From NCBI RefSeq assembly GCF_009914755.1, contig NC_060931.1: DNA of 64,000 bases, one strand, 5' to 3'. Below the pieces are notes generated by a model. That model searched no databases. It saw only the letters and a program-made list of their open reading frames with translations, and had not been told where the DNA came from. Both the position numbers and the translations under genes were made by a program. Numbering within the stretch: the stretch's first letter is position 1; each line of letters starts with the position of its first letter. This stretch comes from the human T2T-CHM13v2.0 reference genome, Homo sapiens. This document shows positions 1 through 13,003 of the stretch, piece after piece.

Positions 1-60
1 TCCACCCGCCTTGGCCTCCCAAAGTGCTGGGATTACAGGTGGGAATCACTGTGCCTGGCC
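1..60 (-). mobile_element. Alu, 5' end only (truncated by window edge)
   Basis: ccgccttggcctcccaaagtgctgggattacagg...cctggcc is the reverse complement of the Alu left-arm start. Confidence 0.9.
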
Positions 61-61
61 T

Positions 62-2390
62 AGATTTTTTAAACAGGACACAAAAAGAGCTATCCACAAA
101 AGAAAATGCTGATAATTTGTACTACATTAAAATTAGAAACTTATGTTCCTCAAGACTCAAATGAGTTACAGTGCAAGTCACAGAGTAAAGAATCTGTGAA
201 ACATATAACCCTCAGAGGTCTTGTATCCAGAAAATACGCACATGACTGAAGAAGATAGCCAAATGGCCAATAAATATGGAAAAATGTCATATAACCCATT
301 AGGAATCAGGGAAATAAATGCTCATTGAAGCCACACAGTGAGATATCACTAAAATAAAAATGGCTGATACCAACTGGCAAAGATCTAAAATAAAACCATC
401 ATGCAATGATGGCATGAGTGTTAACTGGTACCACTGAGAGGTGACAATGTGCTGGCAGTCCTCGCTCGCTCTAGGCGCCTCCTCGGCCTCGGCGCCCACT
501 CTGGCCACACTTGAGGAGCCCTTCAGCCTGCCACTGCACTGTGGGAGCCCCTCTCTGGGCCGAGGCCAGAGCCAGCTCCCTCTGCTTGCAGGGAGGTGTG
601 GAGATAGACCGTGTGGGCAGGAACCGTGGCTGCCCACAGTGCTCGTGGGCCAGCGTGAGTTCTGGGTGGGCGTGGGCTCCGCGGGCCCTGCACTCGGAGT
701 GGATGGCCAGCACCGCCAGCCCTGGGCACTGAGGGGCTTAGCACCTATGCCAGCAGCTGTGGAGGGTGTGCTGGGTCCCCCAGCACTCCTGGCCCACCCA
801 CGCTGCACTCGAATTCTCACCGGGCCTCAGCTGACTCCCGGCGGGGCAGGGCTGTCAGGAGCTGGAGCCCGCCATGCCCAAGTCCCCCCAACCCCGTGGG
901 CTCCCATGCAGCCTGAGCCTCCCCAACGGGTGCCGCCCCCTGCTCCGCAGCGCCCAGGTCCCACCGACCACCCAAGGGCTGAGGAGTGCAGGCGCATGGC
1001 GTGGGACTGATGGGCAGCTCCGCCCGCAGCCCCAGTGCGGGATCTACTAGGTGAAGCCAGCTGGGCTCCTGAGTCGGGTGGGGACTCGGAGAACTTTTAT
1101 GTCTAGCAGGAGGATTGTATATGCTCCAATCAGCACTCTGTATCTAGCTAATCTGATGGGCACTTGGAGAACTTTTATGTCTAGCTAGAGGATTGTAAAT
1201 GCACCAATCAGCACTCTGTGTCTAGCTCAGGGATTGTAAATGCACCAATCAGCACTCTGTCAAAATGGACCAATCAGCTCTCTGTAAAACAGACCAATCA
1301 GCTCTCTGTAAAATGGACCAATCAGCAGGATGTGGGTGGGGCAGATAAGGGAATAAAAGCAGGCTGCCCGAACCAGCAGTGGCAACCTGCTCTGGTCCCC
1401 TTCCACGCTGTGGAAGCTTTTGTTCTTTTGCTCTTCACAATAAATCTTGCTGCTGCTCACTCTTTGGGTCCGCATTGACTTTATGAGCTATAACACTCAC
1501 CATGAAGGTCTGCAGCTTTACTCCTGAGGCCAGCGACACCACGAACCCACCGGGAGGTATGAACAACTCTGGACGGGAGGAATGAACAACTCCAGAAGCG
1601 CCACCTAAAGAGCTGTAACACTCACAGCGAAAGTCTGCAGCTTCACTCCTGAAGCCAGCGAGACCACGAACCCACCAGAAGGAAGAAACTCCGAACACAT
1701 CCAAACATAAGAAGGAACAAACTCTGGACACACCATCTTTAAGAACTGTAACACTCACCACGAGGGTCCGCAGCTTCATCCTTGAAGTCAGTGAGACCAA
1801 GAACCCACCAATTCCAGACACACCATTACTTTGGAAAACATTTTAGCAAGCTCTACTGAAGCTAAATATACATATTTTCTGTGACCGAGCAAGTCTATTC
1901 CTAGAAATGTCTATACACACCAAAAAATATGTAAAGCAATGTCAAAAGCATATTGCTTGCAGCAGCCAAAAATGAAAATGTTCCAAAATGTTTATCAACA
2001 ATAGAATGGATAAATAAATTAGGATAGAGTCACATAATGGAATTCAATACAGTGAAGAAAAACAAAAAATACATGCGACATGGATTAATCTCACAAATAA
2101 AATGAACAAAGGAAGCCAGACCAAAAGAGTACATTCTATATAGTTCCAATTAAATTAAGTTTAAAAACAGGCAAAACCAATTGATAGTGATAAATGTCAG
2201 TTGTTACCATTGGGATTGGGGAACAGTGACTGGGATGAGACCTCTAAACTGCTGGTACCATCCTCTTTCTGATCTGGCTCGTGGTAAGCAGATCCAGATG
2301 TAAAAGTTCAGAAAGATGTACACTTAACACCATTTGTATATTCTTCTGCATGTATGCTGTCATTCAACAAAATGTACTTTAAAAAATCAC
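62..2390 (+). mobile_element. Old L1M (L1ME-like) 3' fragment interrupted by LTR12C
   Basis: Degenerate L1 ORF2-end/3'UTR motifs (aactggtac|...|actttggaaaac, tcaacaatagaatggataaataaatt, agccagaccaaaagagtacat) continue across the LTR. Confidence 0.65.
435..1822 (+). mobile_element. Solo LTR12C-type (ERV9) LTR
   Basis: Starts TGAGAGGTGACA and ends AATTCCAGACACA. GC-rich U3, repeated CCAATCAGC boxes (1126-1326), AGATAA at 1343, AATAAAA TATA-like box at 1352, repeated U5 units (gtaacactcac...). 4-bp TSD ccac/ccat. Confidence 0.93.
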
Positions 2391-2710
2391 TGTCACATAC
2401 AATAGGCTAAAAATACAAATGGAAACATTTAATTTTTTCTCCTCACATACAGAATCACAAATTAACTAGAATTTACCAGTCATACCAACACCCTGTCATA
2501 TACCTGTTGATATCTCAAGATACTTATAAACAGAAGTAAGGCTGTACACCTACAACTATCTGATCTTCAAGAAAACTGACAAAAACAAGCAATGGGGAAA
2601 GGATTCTGTATTCAATAAACGATGCTGGGTTAATTGGCTAGCCATATGCAGAAGACTGAAACTGGACCCCTTCCTTACGCCATATACAAAAATAAACTTG
2701 AAATGGATTA

Positions 2711-3017
<307 letters not shown>

Positions 3018-3221
3018 AACACTTAAGTGTAAAACTCAAAGCTATATTCTTGGAAGACAACCTAGGCAATACCACTCTGGAGAGTGGAATGGGCAAAGAT
3101 TTCATGACAAAGACACCAAAAGCAATTGCAATAAAAACAAAAATTGACAAATGGGACCTAATTAACTAAAGGGCATTCTGCACAGCAAAAGCAACTATCA
3201 AGAGAGTAAACAGACACCCTA

Positions 3222-3671
<450 letters not shown>

Positions 3672-4654
3672 TCAAAAGAACACATATACGCGGCCAAGAA
3701 GCATATGGAAAAAGGCTCAACATCACTGGTAATTAGAGAAATGCAAATCAAAACTACAACTAGATACCATCTCACACTAATCAGAATGGTTACTATTAAA
3801 AAGTCAAAAAATAGCTGGTGCTAGCAAGGTTGCAGAGAAAAAGGAACATTTATACACTGCTGGTAGGAGTGTAAATGCTGGTAGGAGTGTAAATTAGTTC
3901 AACCACTGTGGAAAACAGTGTGGTGATTCCTCAAAGACCTAAAAACAGAATTATCCTTCAACCCACAATCCCATTACTGGGTATATACCCAAAGAAATAT
4001 AAACATTCTGTCATAAAAACACATGCACACATATGTTCACCGTAGCACTATTCACAATAGCAAAGACATGGCATCAACCTAAATGCCCATTAATGATAGA
4101 CTGGATAAAGAAAATGTGGTACATATACACCATGGAATACTATGCAGTCATTAAAAAAAACAACGAGATCATGTCCTCTACAGGAACTTGGATGGAGCTG
4201 GAGGCCATTATCCTTAGCAAACTAATGTGGGAACAGAAAACCAAAAACCAAACATTCTCATGTATATGTGGGAGCTAAGTGATAAGAACACAAGGACACA
4301 GAGAGGAATAATAGACATTACGGCCTACCAGAGGGTGGAGGGTAGAAGGTGGGAGGAGGGAGAGAATCAGGAAAAATAACTAATGGGTACTAGGTTTAAT
4401 ATCTGAGTAATGAAATAATTTGTACAACAAACCCCTGTGACACAAATTTACCTATATAGTAAACCTGCACATGTACCCCTGAACTTACGTTAAAAAAAAA
4501 AAATTTTTAAAAATTTTAAAAAAAAGGGCTTCCCAAAGAAAAATGAAAAAAAAAAAAAAACAGAAAATCTTTTCCTCTTTTAAGCTATTTCTTTTAGTAT
4601 CACTATTTGTATAAAGGCCTTTGTTTTTCAGACAGTGCCTTTTATGCAGTGAAT

Positions 4655-4800
4655 CTTTTAATCCTTACATAGTCCTGTAAAGTAGTTATTACCCCGATTT
4701 TAGAGATGAGGAAAATAAAGCTCAGAGGGTTGAAATGACTTGTCCTTCAGCTAGTAAGAAGCAGAAACAAAATCCTTATGCAACTATGCCTTCTACAATT
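4655..4800 (-). mobile_element. MIR
   Basis: MIR core 'attaccccgattttagagatgaggaaaataaagctcagagggttgaaatgacttgtcc'. Confidence 0.7.
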
Positions 4801-5785
4801 CAAAGACAGCTCTTGTTTCCTACATCCTGCTTCTTCACTATCATTTTCTTCTAATCACACTAACACACACACTTTGCCCTGCAATGGTGGAAGTCTCCTA
4901 CGTCTTTCTAGGACCAGTGGTAAAGCTGGTGTCACCAATATCCCTTGCCACTTCACACGCATGAAGGGAAGATGGATCTATATCAAGGAACTACCTGAAG
5001 CCCATTTCTCAGTCCTCTAATATCAAATCGAACTCTCTTCCATTCCTCACATCCAGACTTGCTGGGGAAAGTAGGAGGACAAGACAGAACACACCTATGC
5101 TGAACATGCTTACACTCACAGGCTTTCCTCTGTTCATCCCCAGGAAACGCTATTATAACAATGTCACCAAACTCGCTTCCATTGAGTAAATCAATAACAC
5201 CATGAGCTAGCTGCTTACTCATTACTTGAAGATTTAAATGGGGACTTTCTAAAAATTGGTATTCCATTGAAAAGTTGTGGTTGCAGTGGTGCTAAGAGGA
5301 ACTGGGTGATGGAAATAAATTTCTTCTGAGGATCTGTAAATATTAAATAATCCTCATGAAGTATTAATGGAAAGCATCTGATCTTCTAGAAACCGGGCAA
5401 GTATATAATTTTTTGTCTTTGCTCAAGATGATTTAACCTTTAATTCTGTCATGCCAAATGAGTATGACGGAATGGCGAAGGGGGTTGGCACAATAAATCT
5501 ATTATACTATCTTACCAATACTTTATCTAATTATTATATTCACTTCTTGATAAGATAAATGAGGACTGGAGAGGATCACTAATTTGGCTCAGAGACAACA
5601 GCAGCAGAGCTGGAAGGGGCTAAGCTTATCTGATTCTGGAAGCAACACTGTTACACCATCTGTATTTTTCCCATATCTGTATGTTTTCCACAATACATCA
5701 AATAAGACAAGTCCCAAAGGTCTGAATGAATTAGAAACTATGAATAGAGACACTTAAAATGGGCACATGCCAAGCACAAGACAGG

Positions 5786-6474
5786 CAGAAGTCCTGTCTG
5801 GGTCTCACGTTCTATGACGCTATGAAAACAGTCATGCCACATTCTCCCTAATCTTTAAAGCCATCTCTCATGAAAGCACAATCCACATGCCTAAAGGGCT
5901 CCAAAATTCTTCATGAGCAATGCTACTGCAGATTTGCATGCAGAGACAACATATGCTGGACACCACAGAGTCCAAGGGAAACATGGTACTTTCCGTTAAA
6001 TCTGTCCTTAGTAGCCAGTTTTTTAAAAAATAACTTACCACTGTCCCACCACTTCCAAGCCTTCCCTTTCTTCTAAGAATTTGAAAAACATCAGGGTTTT
6101 CTGCAGCTTTGTAGCTAATTCCCATGATGATGTTTGTGCCTTGCAAAATAAAGAAGGCCACAGGAGAGCAGACACTGCCAGCACAGCAGTCAGGTCGGGG
6201 GAGCGGGGGTTGTTTAGAACAAGGTCCTTCATGTACCATTCTGAACCACCATCTTGTGCAGCAGCTCTGGCCGCAAACTACTCCATGGGAACAACGTGAA
6301 GACAAGAAGTATAGGGTGCGTAAGTAACTTCTGTGTGTAGGCAGATTATTCACTTCTTCGTTCTATCAGTGGAAAGCACTACTGATGATGCAGGGAAGAA
6401 ACAGAAGTCCTGTCTGGCTCTCACATGCTATGACTCTATGAAAACAGTCATGCCACATCTCCCTCACCTTAAAA
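5786..6474. repeat. Dispersed direct repeat: 5786-5842 and 6402-6458 (53/57 identical; weaker similarity to ~5859/6474)
   Basis: cagaagtcctgtctgg(g/c)tctcac(gtt/atg)ctatgac(g/t)ctatgaaaacagtcatgccacat occurs twice, 616 bp apart. Confidence 0.9.
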
Positions 6475-6586
6475 CTAAATCAGAGTATCAAAACTACTAA
6501 GCCAGAAACTTGTTTTTTTCGAATAGGAAGATGTTTGAACTGGAGCTCCAAAACATTGAAGTATCTTTACTAAAAGGGATATACTA

Positions 6587-6922
<336 letters not shown>

Positions 6923-7229
6923 TCAAACTGAAAACATTTATAAACATTTAGCATTTACTTTTACATATAGTGGACTGAAATAATAATGCACAGAATCTAA
7001 AAGACATGACAGCATTGACCATGAAGTTACACACTAAATACATTATAATTTCAAATATAACTGTTTTATCCAGCATCATATATGTTTCAGTCTTCCTTCA
7101 GGCATGTTTTTGGGTTCTATAATAAAAGTGCAGATACTTTAGACTAAGATGTGACTGCCTAACAGCAAAATAGAGCAACTTTGTTATGCATTAGTATCCT
7201 TATACACCATGCAAAAAACGGTTCACAGA

Positions 7230-7760
7230 TATTGATTCACTACTGGTATTTACTGACCACCTGTGAATTGACCTAGGGCTAGTACAAGGGGAATACAGAT
7301 AAATGATACATGAAACATGACCCCAAGGGACTTCTAGTCTAGTGAGGCAGACAGCACTGGTCTAGAAACAGACTAGTGTATAGAGGAAGGACAAATCATA
7401 ACACAAGAACTAGTATGGTAATAAAAGTCTTTGTGGCAGAAATGGCATTTGAGCTAGGCCTTAAAAAATGAGTACAACTTGGATATGCGGTAATGGGTGT
7501 AGACTAGAGGGCACTTCAGGCAGAAGGCTAATGCAAGAAAGCTAAGGAGTGTACAGGGAAACTGATGAGTGACAGATTTTGTCTGGACAGTGGAGTGCAT
7601 AAAAGAACAATGTAAAATAAGATTAGAAATATAGGACCAGAGGTGGCCTTGAAGAAAGAAAAGGGCCTGGTCATTCTTCTCTAGGAAAAAGGAGTGACTT
7701 TAACTTTCCGAAGGTCAAAATGTGGGTCAAATCTAAGCTTTAGGAAGAACATGAGAGGCC
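7230..7760 (-). mobile_element. L2 fragment
   Basis: Degenerate L2 3' motifs (tatttactgaccacct..., cttctagtctagtgaggcagac, gcatttgagctaggccttaaaa). Confidence 0.55.
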
Positions 7761-8454
7761 AAGGACGTTTTGACTTCCAAAGAGGAAATGGGTCCATAAA
7801 AGCTTTCCTAGATTTTATTTTTTAACAACTGCTATTTTAAGTATCCAAATACTTTAATGATACATTGAGATACTCCAAGTTTCCGGAGGATATGGAAGGA
7901 GGAAGAAAATAGGAATGGTTTTCATATATTTTACAGAAAACTTAGTTACTTCTAAACATCCTATAGAGAGAACACATTTTTATAAAAACTGTTACAAAGT
8001 GAACTTAGCTGTTTCCCAGAATGTCACCCAATTACAATAATGCTACAAAGAAAGGAAAAACGCAGTGTGTTCAATATAGCATCTCTGTATCATTAACCAT
8101 CCAAAACACATGCTTCTCAATGCCTGGGAACACTCAGGAAGAGCATGTGTTACAGGGGAGTACTTCCCAAGGACATTTTATCCTCTACTAAGGTCTCTCT
8201 CACCGAGACTCTGCGTAGGAGGCAAGAAGGGGGGCAAATATGAGTCAAGCATTCCTGGCTGAACTCCAGGAGCTTACCACCAGCTGTTTGGAGGAAGGGG
8301 AGATAGTCATGAGCACACATAACCACTAGAAATTAAGAGTTAACTGTAAAAGAAAAAGTAAAGCACTAAGGGGCATAAAAGGGGTGAATTATTCTGCCTG
8401 GAAGAGTTGGGGACTGCTTCATGGCGGCATGGTATTTGAAGAACAAATTTTAAA

Positions 8455-8600
8455 GCTGAGAAGATCTTAGGGATTATCTACTTCAACCTCCTCATTTTAC
8501 TTGTGAGGAAACGGAAACTGGAAAAAGTTAATGACCTGGGTTAGGCAAAACAACTGGCTTCTGACATTTTGGCCTGAAAACCAGGTCTCCTGGCTTCCAT
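8455..8600 (-). mobile_element. MIR
   Basis: 'tcaacctcctcattttacttgtgaggaaacggaaac...gttaatgacctgg' MIR core. Confidence 0.6.
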
Positions 8601-8625
8601 TTAACCTGGGTAGAATTCCAACTGC

Positions 8626-9191
8626 TGTGGGAAGATGGTGAAACCATGCCCCACAGGATTAAAGAATTTGGTAACTAACAAAAATTTATTAAGCTTGTCT
8701 TGCAGGACAGCAGAGAAGAAAACCATTTGTTACAGTTCTCTCTGTTTGCCACAAAATTGGCTGACAGACTGAGGCTGGTTGGAACCAACATAGCTGACTG
8801 GAGTCTGGGCAGAATAGACTTCTTCTCCTGTTGAGTAACCTTTTGACGTTAGAGGGCCAAAAACTCACCCTCAGTTCAAGCTAATGCCACCACTGTCCAA
8901 AGGTGCAACCCATGAAGCAGCATGGAAGGGCAACAGCATGCCCAAGACACTTTCCAAACCCCCTTTCCTTTCAGCCAATCACTAATCACTGTTCACCACC
9001 TAAACTCCACACTCAGAAGCCCTCCCTTAAATCTATGGCTGTAAGGCTGGTAGAGAAAGTCAAACTTGAGTGTGACTCCTCTCCCCTTACTCAGTTGCCT
9101 GGCAATAAACTTTCTTGCTGCAAAAAACTGGTGCTTTGTGTTTGGCTTTCCATTTTGTGCAGGCAAATGGACCGACTTTGGTTTGGTGACA
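8626..9191 (+). mobile_element. Solo ERV LTR, family not assigned, inserted in L2
   Basis: TG...CA ends (tgtgggaagatgg ... ggtttggtgaca), CCAAT box, AATAAA near 3' end; L2-like sequence resumes on both sides. No clean TSD. Confidence 0.6.
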
Positions 9192-9888
9192 ATGGAGAGA
9201 GGAGGGAAGGGTAGAGAGAGGACATTCTACACTGGGGAAGCAAAGTACAGAGATGAAAACAAATGGATGTGCTGTATTTGGAGAAGCATGTAGGAGTTAC
9301 CAATTCTCCATCTAGCAGGTCATGAGGAGCAAAAGACTGGCAAGAGCGAGATGCCAGCCACCTAGGGTGGACCTTAAGGGCCAAGCAACAGAATCTTGAC
9401 TTTTTTTTCAGACAGTTAAAAATCACTCAGTTTCTGGATTAAGAAATGTCACATTCAAAACTTTGTTTTAGAAAAAGAACTGGTGTGGAAGATGAATTTA
9501 AAGGAGAGATGAGATGTGGGAGACAGCCTGGCAGCCAGGGATCACAGGGTTCTAAACCTGAGTGGGGGCCCTAGGAATGGAAGCAGAAGAAAGGCTAGAG
9601 AAACACAGCAGAGGCAGAAATTATAAAATGTGGTTAGGACTGGATGTTGGAGGCCAAGGCCAAGGAAACAGGCCAGGATGTTCCCAACATTTCCAACTTG
9701 GATAACTGAGTGGGATGATGATACCACCACCAAAGATAAACAAGAAAAAAGAAAAAAAGGTAAAAATTGGAAAGAAGGGACCTGTGGGAGAATGTAACCA
9801 ACTGTGACTGTGTTTGAGGTAACAGTGGGACATGTAGTACAGTGTCCAGCCAGAAGCCAAAAGAGACCCAATGGACTCAAGAGAGATG

Positions 9889-10358
9889 CTGGTATGGGCA
9901 GAACTGTGTCCCCCGTCCCCAAAAATCCCAACCCCTAGAACCTCAGAATGTGACTTTATTTGGAAATAGGGTAGCTGCAAATGGAACTAGTTAAGATGAG
10001 ATCATAGTGGAGTAGGGCAGGCACCTAATCCAATATGACTGGAGTCTTTTTTATAAAACAGGGAAATTTAAAAACAGACATGCACACAAGGAGAAAACCA
10101 AGTAAAGATGAACATAGAGATCAGGGTGACGCTTCTTCAAGCCAAGGAACACCAAAGGTTGCCCGCCCACCACCAGAAGACAGGAAAGAAGCACGGAACA
10201 GATTCTCCCTTACAGCCCTCAGAAGAAACCAACCCTGCTGAACCTCCACCTTGGATGTCTAGCCTCCAGAACTTAGGACAACTAATTTGTTTTTTTTTTT
10301 AAAGCTTCCCAGTTTGCGGTAGAGTACTTTGTTACAGCAGCCTGAGGAAACTAATATA
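9889..10358 (+). mobile_element. MLT1 (B/C-like) MaLR LTR
   Basis: 'cctcagaatgtgactttatttggaaataggg', 'cctaatccaatatgactgg', 3' 'ttgttacagcagcc...aaactaatata'. Confidence 0.85.
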
Positions 10359-10814
10359 GAGGCCAAGATTGGAAACACAGATCTGGCAGTTTTTAAAGAA
10401 AGGTTACTTAAAGCTGTGAATAAAAGTGCCCACAAGCATTTCATTTAGAGATGTTTCCTTTTCCTTTTCCTTTTAAGACATGCTGTAATAAAAGAAGACC
10501 TTGAGGAATTCACCGACAGGCCCGCCACACTATAGACTTCTGAAGCCGGACAGAAGACAAATGTGTTTCTGGCCCTTTGCTTCCCAGTCGCCACGCCTCC
10601 TCACATCCCCCAACCCTGCTGAGCAGGCACCCACAGCCACGCAGCCACACAGTGCTGCTCTCCAGGGGAACTTGCTGGCAGTTTGTTGAGGCCGAAAACA
10701 ATCATATTTGCTTAATTACCCCTTCACAGACATTAGGTTCATTAAATAGAATCACACTATGCGTTATCTAGAAAAGGGATGTTTTTGGTTTCATGGTCTG
10801 AATAAAGAAAGGCT

Positions 10815-10925
10815 TAATATATATAAAAGGCTTATATAAAAAAAGCATATATAGGAGACCATATACATATGCAAAGCTTATAATATATAAAGACATATAT
10901 ATAATATATATTATATATATGACTA

Positions 10926-10971
<46 letters not shown>

Positions 10972-10975
10972 ATAC
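10815..10975. repeat. (TA)n-rich low-complexity tract; a second one lies at ~11255-11290
   Basis: Visible TA/TATG microsatellite. Confidence 0.9.
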
Positions 10976-12486
10976 AAAGCCTTGTCTGGCAATGTTAATG
11001 TTTCATAACTGAGAATAGCCAATAAATACTCTGGTATTTCAGGCATGTTACTGATACCAAAAGGTATGTAATTTGGTAATCCTGTTAGATATGAGTATTA
11101 TACATCTATGCAGGAGGTATATAGATGAACCATAAAATCATAATGTATTATTGTTCACCAAGATCATTTTGGATTTTCAAGGTAATCTGACTAGAAGGCC
11201 ATGAGAATAATTATGTAGTACTATATTACTTTACAGCATGATACCTAAAAATGTTTATATATATATATGTATATACATATATATATATAGACAAACAGTG
11301 CTTCCGTCTTGCTTTACAGATTTAATGAGCATTAACGTAAGTTACAACAAAGAATTCAAGCTTAATCAAGTTCAGACCTGGCTGGTGAACTCACTTAGTT
11401 CCTTTTCCACCCGCAACTCCCAGAACTTCTTTGACAATGTTAGATTCCCTTTAAAATGAATCATGCAGCTCTGATTAACTCTATGACTAGAATCTAAGGA
11501 ACAGTATTTGCCACCACACTTATCTGCAGGAACTAATAGTAGAACATGGGTCAGCTAACATGAAAGCAAATGTACAAGTCACATTTCCACAGGCCTATAC
11601 CACTCAGAGATTAGGGGAGGGTAGGTTTCTAACTACTCTATTTCATGGTTCTGATGCTACTAGATATTTTCTGTAAGCAAGTCATTTTTGTTTTACAAAG
11701 CATTAGAGCTGCTGTTCTCCTTCTGGAAGCCATTTATAACAGTAGCGACTTTGTAACTCCTTTATAGTCCAAGTAATAATAAAATAGCCAAAGCACTGCG
11801 TAGTACTATAAAATACTGGGCCAAAGAAGAAAGAGTTGAAAAGTGAATTGCATCTGTATGCTATGCTTACACAATGTAAATATTAATCATTTATCACATA
11901 TGTGGAAAGGTACTACAAGATATATACCAAAATGATGATGGTGCTTCTTCACTGTAGCGTAACTTTAGGTCCCTCCTCCCCCCAGCTTTGCAAGGGATAG
12001 CACTTAGCCTGGAGATATCTGAAATATAATAGAGAATACAGACTAAAAATTGTGATATTATGGAAAAAGTAGGTTAAGTAACATAAGAGAACTGGAAATA
12101 AATGACTCAATGAATTCAGAGGAGGGAAAGATTACTGTCATGTTGAGTGAAAGGAGATGGAGAAAGCCTTACTGAAATTGCGAACACATGACACCAGAAG
12201 GAAGATGTGTTTGGTGAACATGAACTCAGTCTTGCAATAAAAGTGAAATGTGATCAAGTAAAGATGGGAGATGCGGGAGGAGAGTCCACCAGCTGCAGTT
12301 TGACTTCAATGCCTATTCTACATGTTTGGCAGAGGGCAGTTCTAGGGACGCAATCTCTGCTCCCCAGAAATGGTGGTCCAGAGGGGCAGAAGGTAAGCCA
12401 GGTACCAAGGAAGGAAGACCAGAGATGAAGAATCACAAGAAATCCATATTTGCTGGAGGAAAACTAGAACAGAAAATACAGTGCCG

Positions 12487-12668
12487 GGGTTGGGTGTGGC
12501 AGCTCATGTCTATAATTCCAGCACTTTGGGAGGCCAAGGCAGAAGGATCACTTGAGTCCAGGAGTTCAAGACTGCAGTGAGCTATGACTGCACCACTGCA
12601 CTCCAGCCTGGGCTACAGAGTGAGACACCATCTACTAGAAAAAAAAAAAAAGAAAAGAAAGAAAAAAA
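12487..12668 (+). mobile_element. Alu monomer (FRAM/FAM-like) with A tail
   Basis: Single arm '...cactttgggaggccaaggcagaaggatcacttgagtccaggagttcaagactgcagtgagctatga...ctccagcctggg'. Confidence 0.8.
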
Positions 12669-12859
12669 CCCTACAAAGTTGCTCACATCCTGATTATGAG
12701 GTCCTGTGATGGTAGACCAAGATCTGATAATTTTAGTGATGTGATCAATTTGTGCATCAGAACATTTAATCTGACAGAGGAGTGTTAAATGAACTTAAGG
12801 GGAAGAGACCAGAGTTGAGGAGATGCGATGGCAGAATCCAGGGAAGAGCTACGAAAGCC

Positions 12860-12935
12860 GAAAGGAGAGGAGAGGGGAGGGGAGGGGAGGGGAGGGGAGG
12901 GGAGGGAAAGAAAAGAAAAGAAAAGAAAGAAAGGA

Positions 12936-13002
<67 letters not shown>

Positions 13003-13003
13003 G
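12860..13003. repeat. 144-bp pure polypurine tract: (GGGGA)n-(GAAAA)n-(GAAA)n
   Basis: No pyrimidine on the + strand from 12860 to 13003. Confidence 0.95.

Noticed and set aside
299-1821. Cluster of 70-190 aa ORFs on both strands
   Set aside because: All lie in the GC-rich LTR12C; stop-poor composition, no protein similarity recognised.
4490-4561. Double A-tract after the old L1 as a 3' transduction
   Set aside because: The intervening sequence is only ~20 nt and no TSD could be defined; decayed tail is equally likely.
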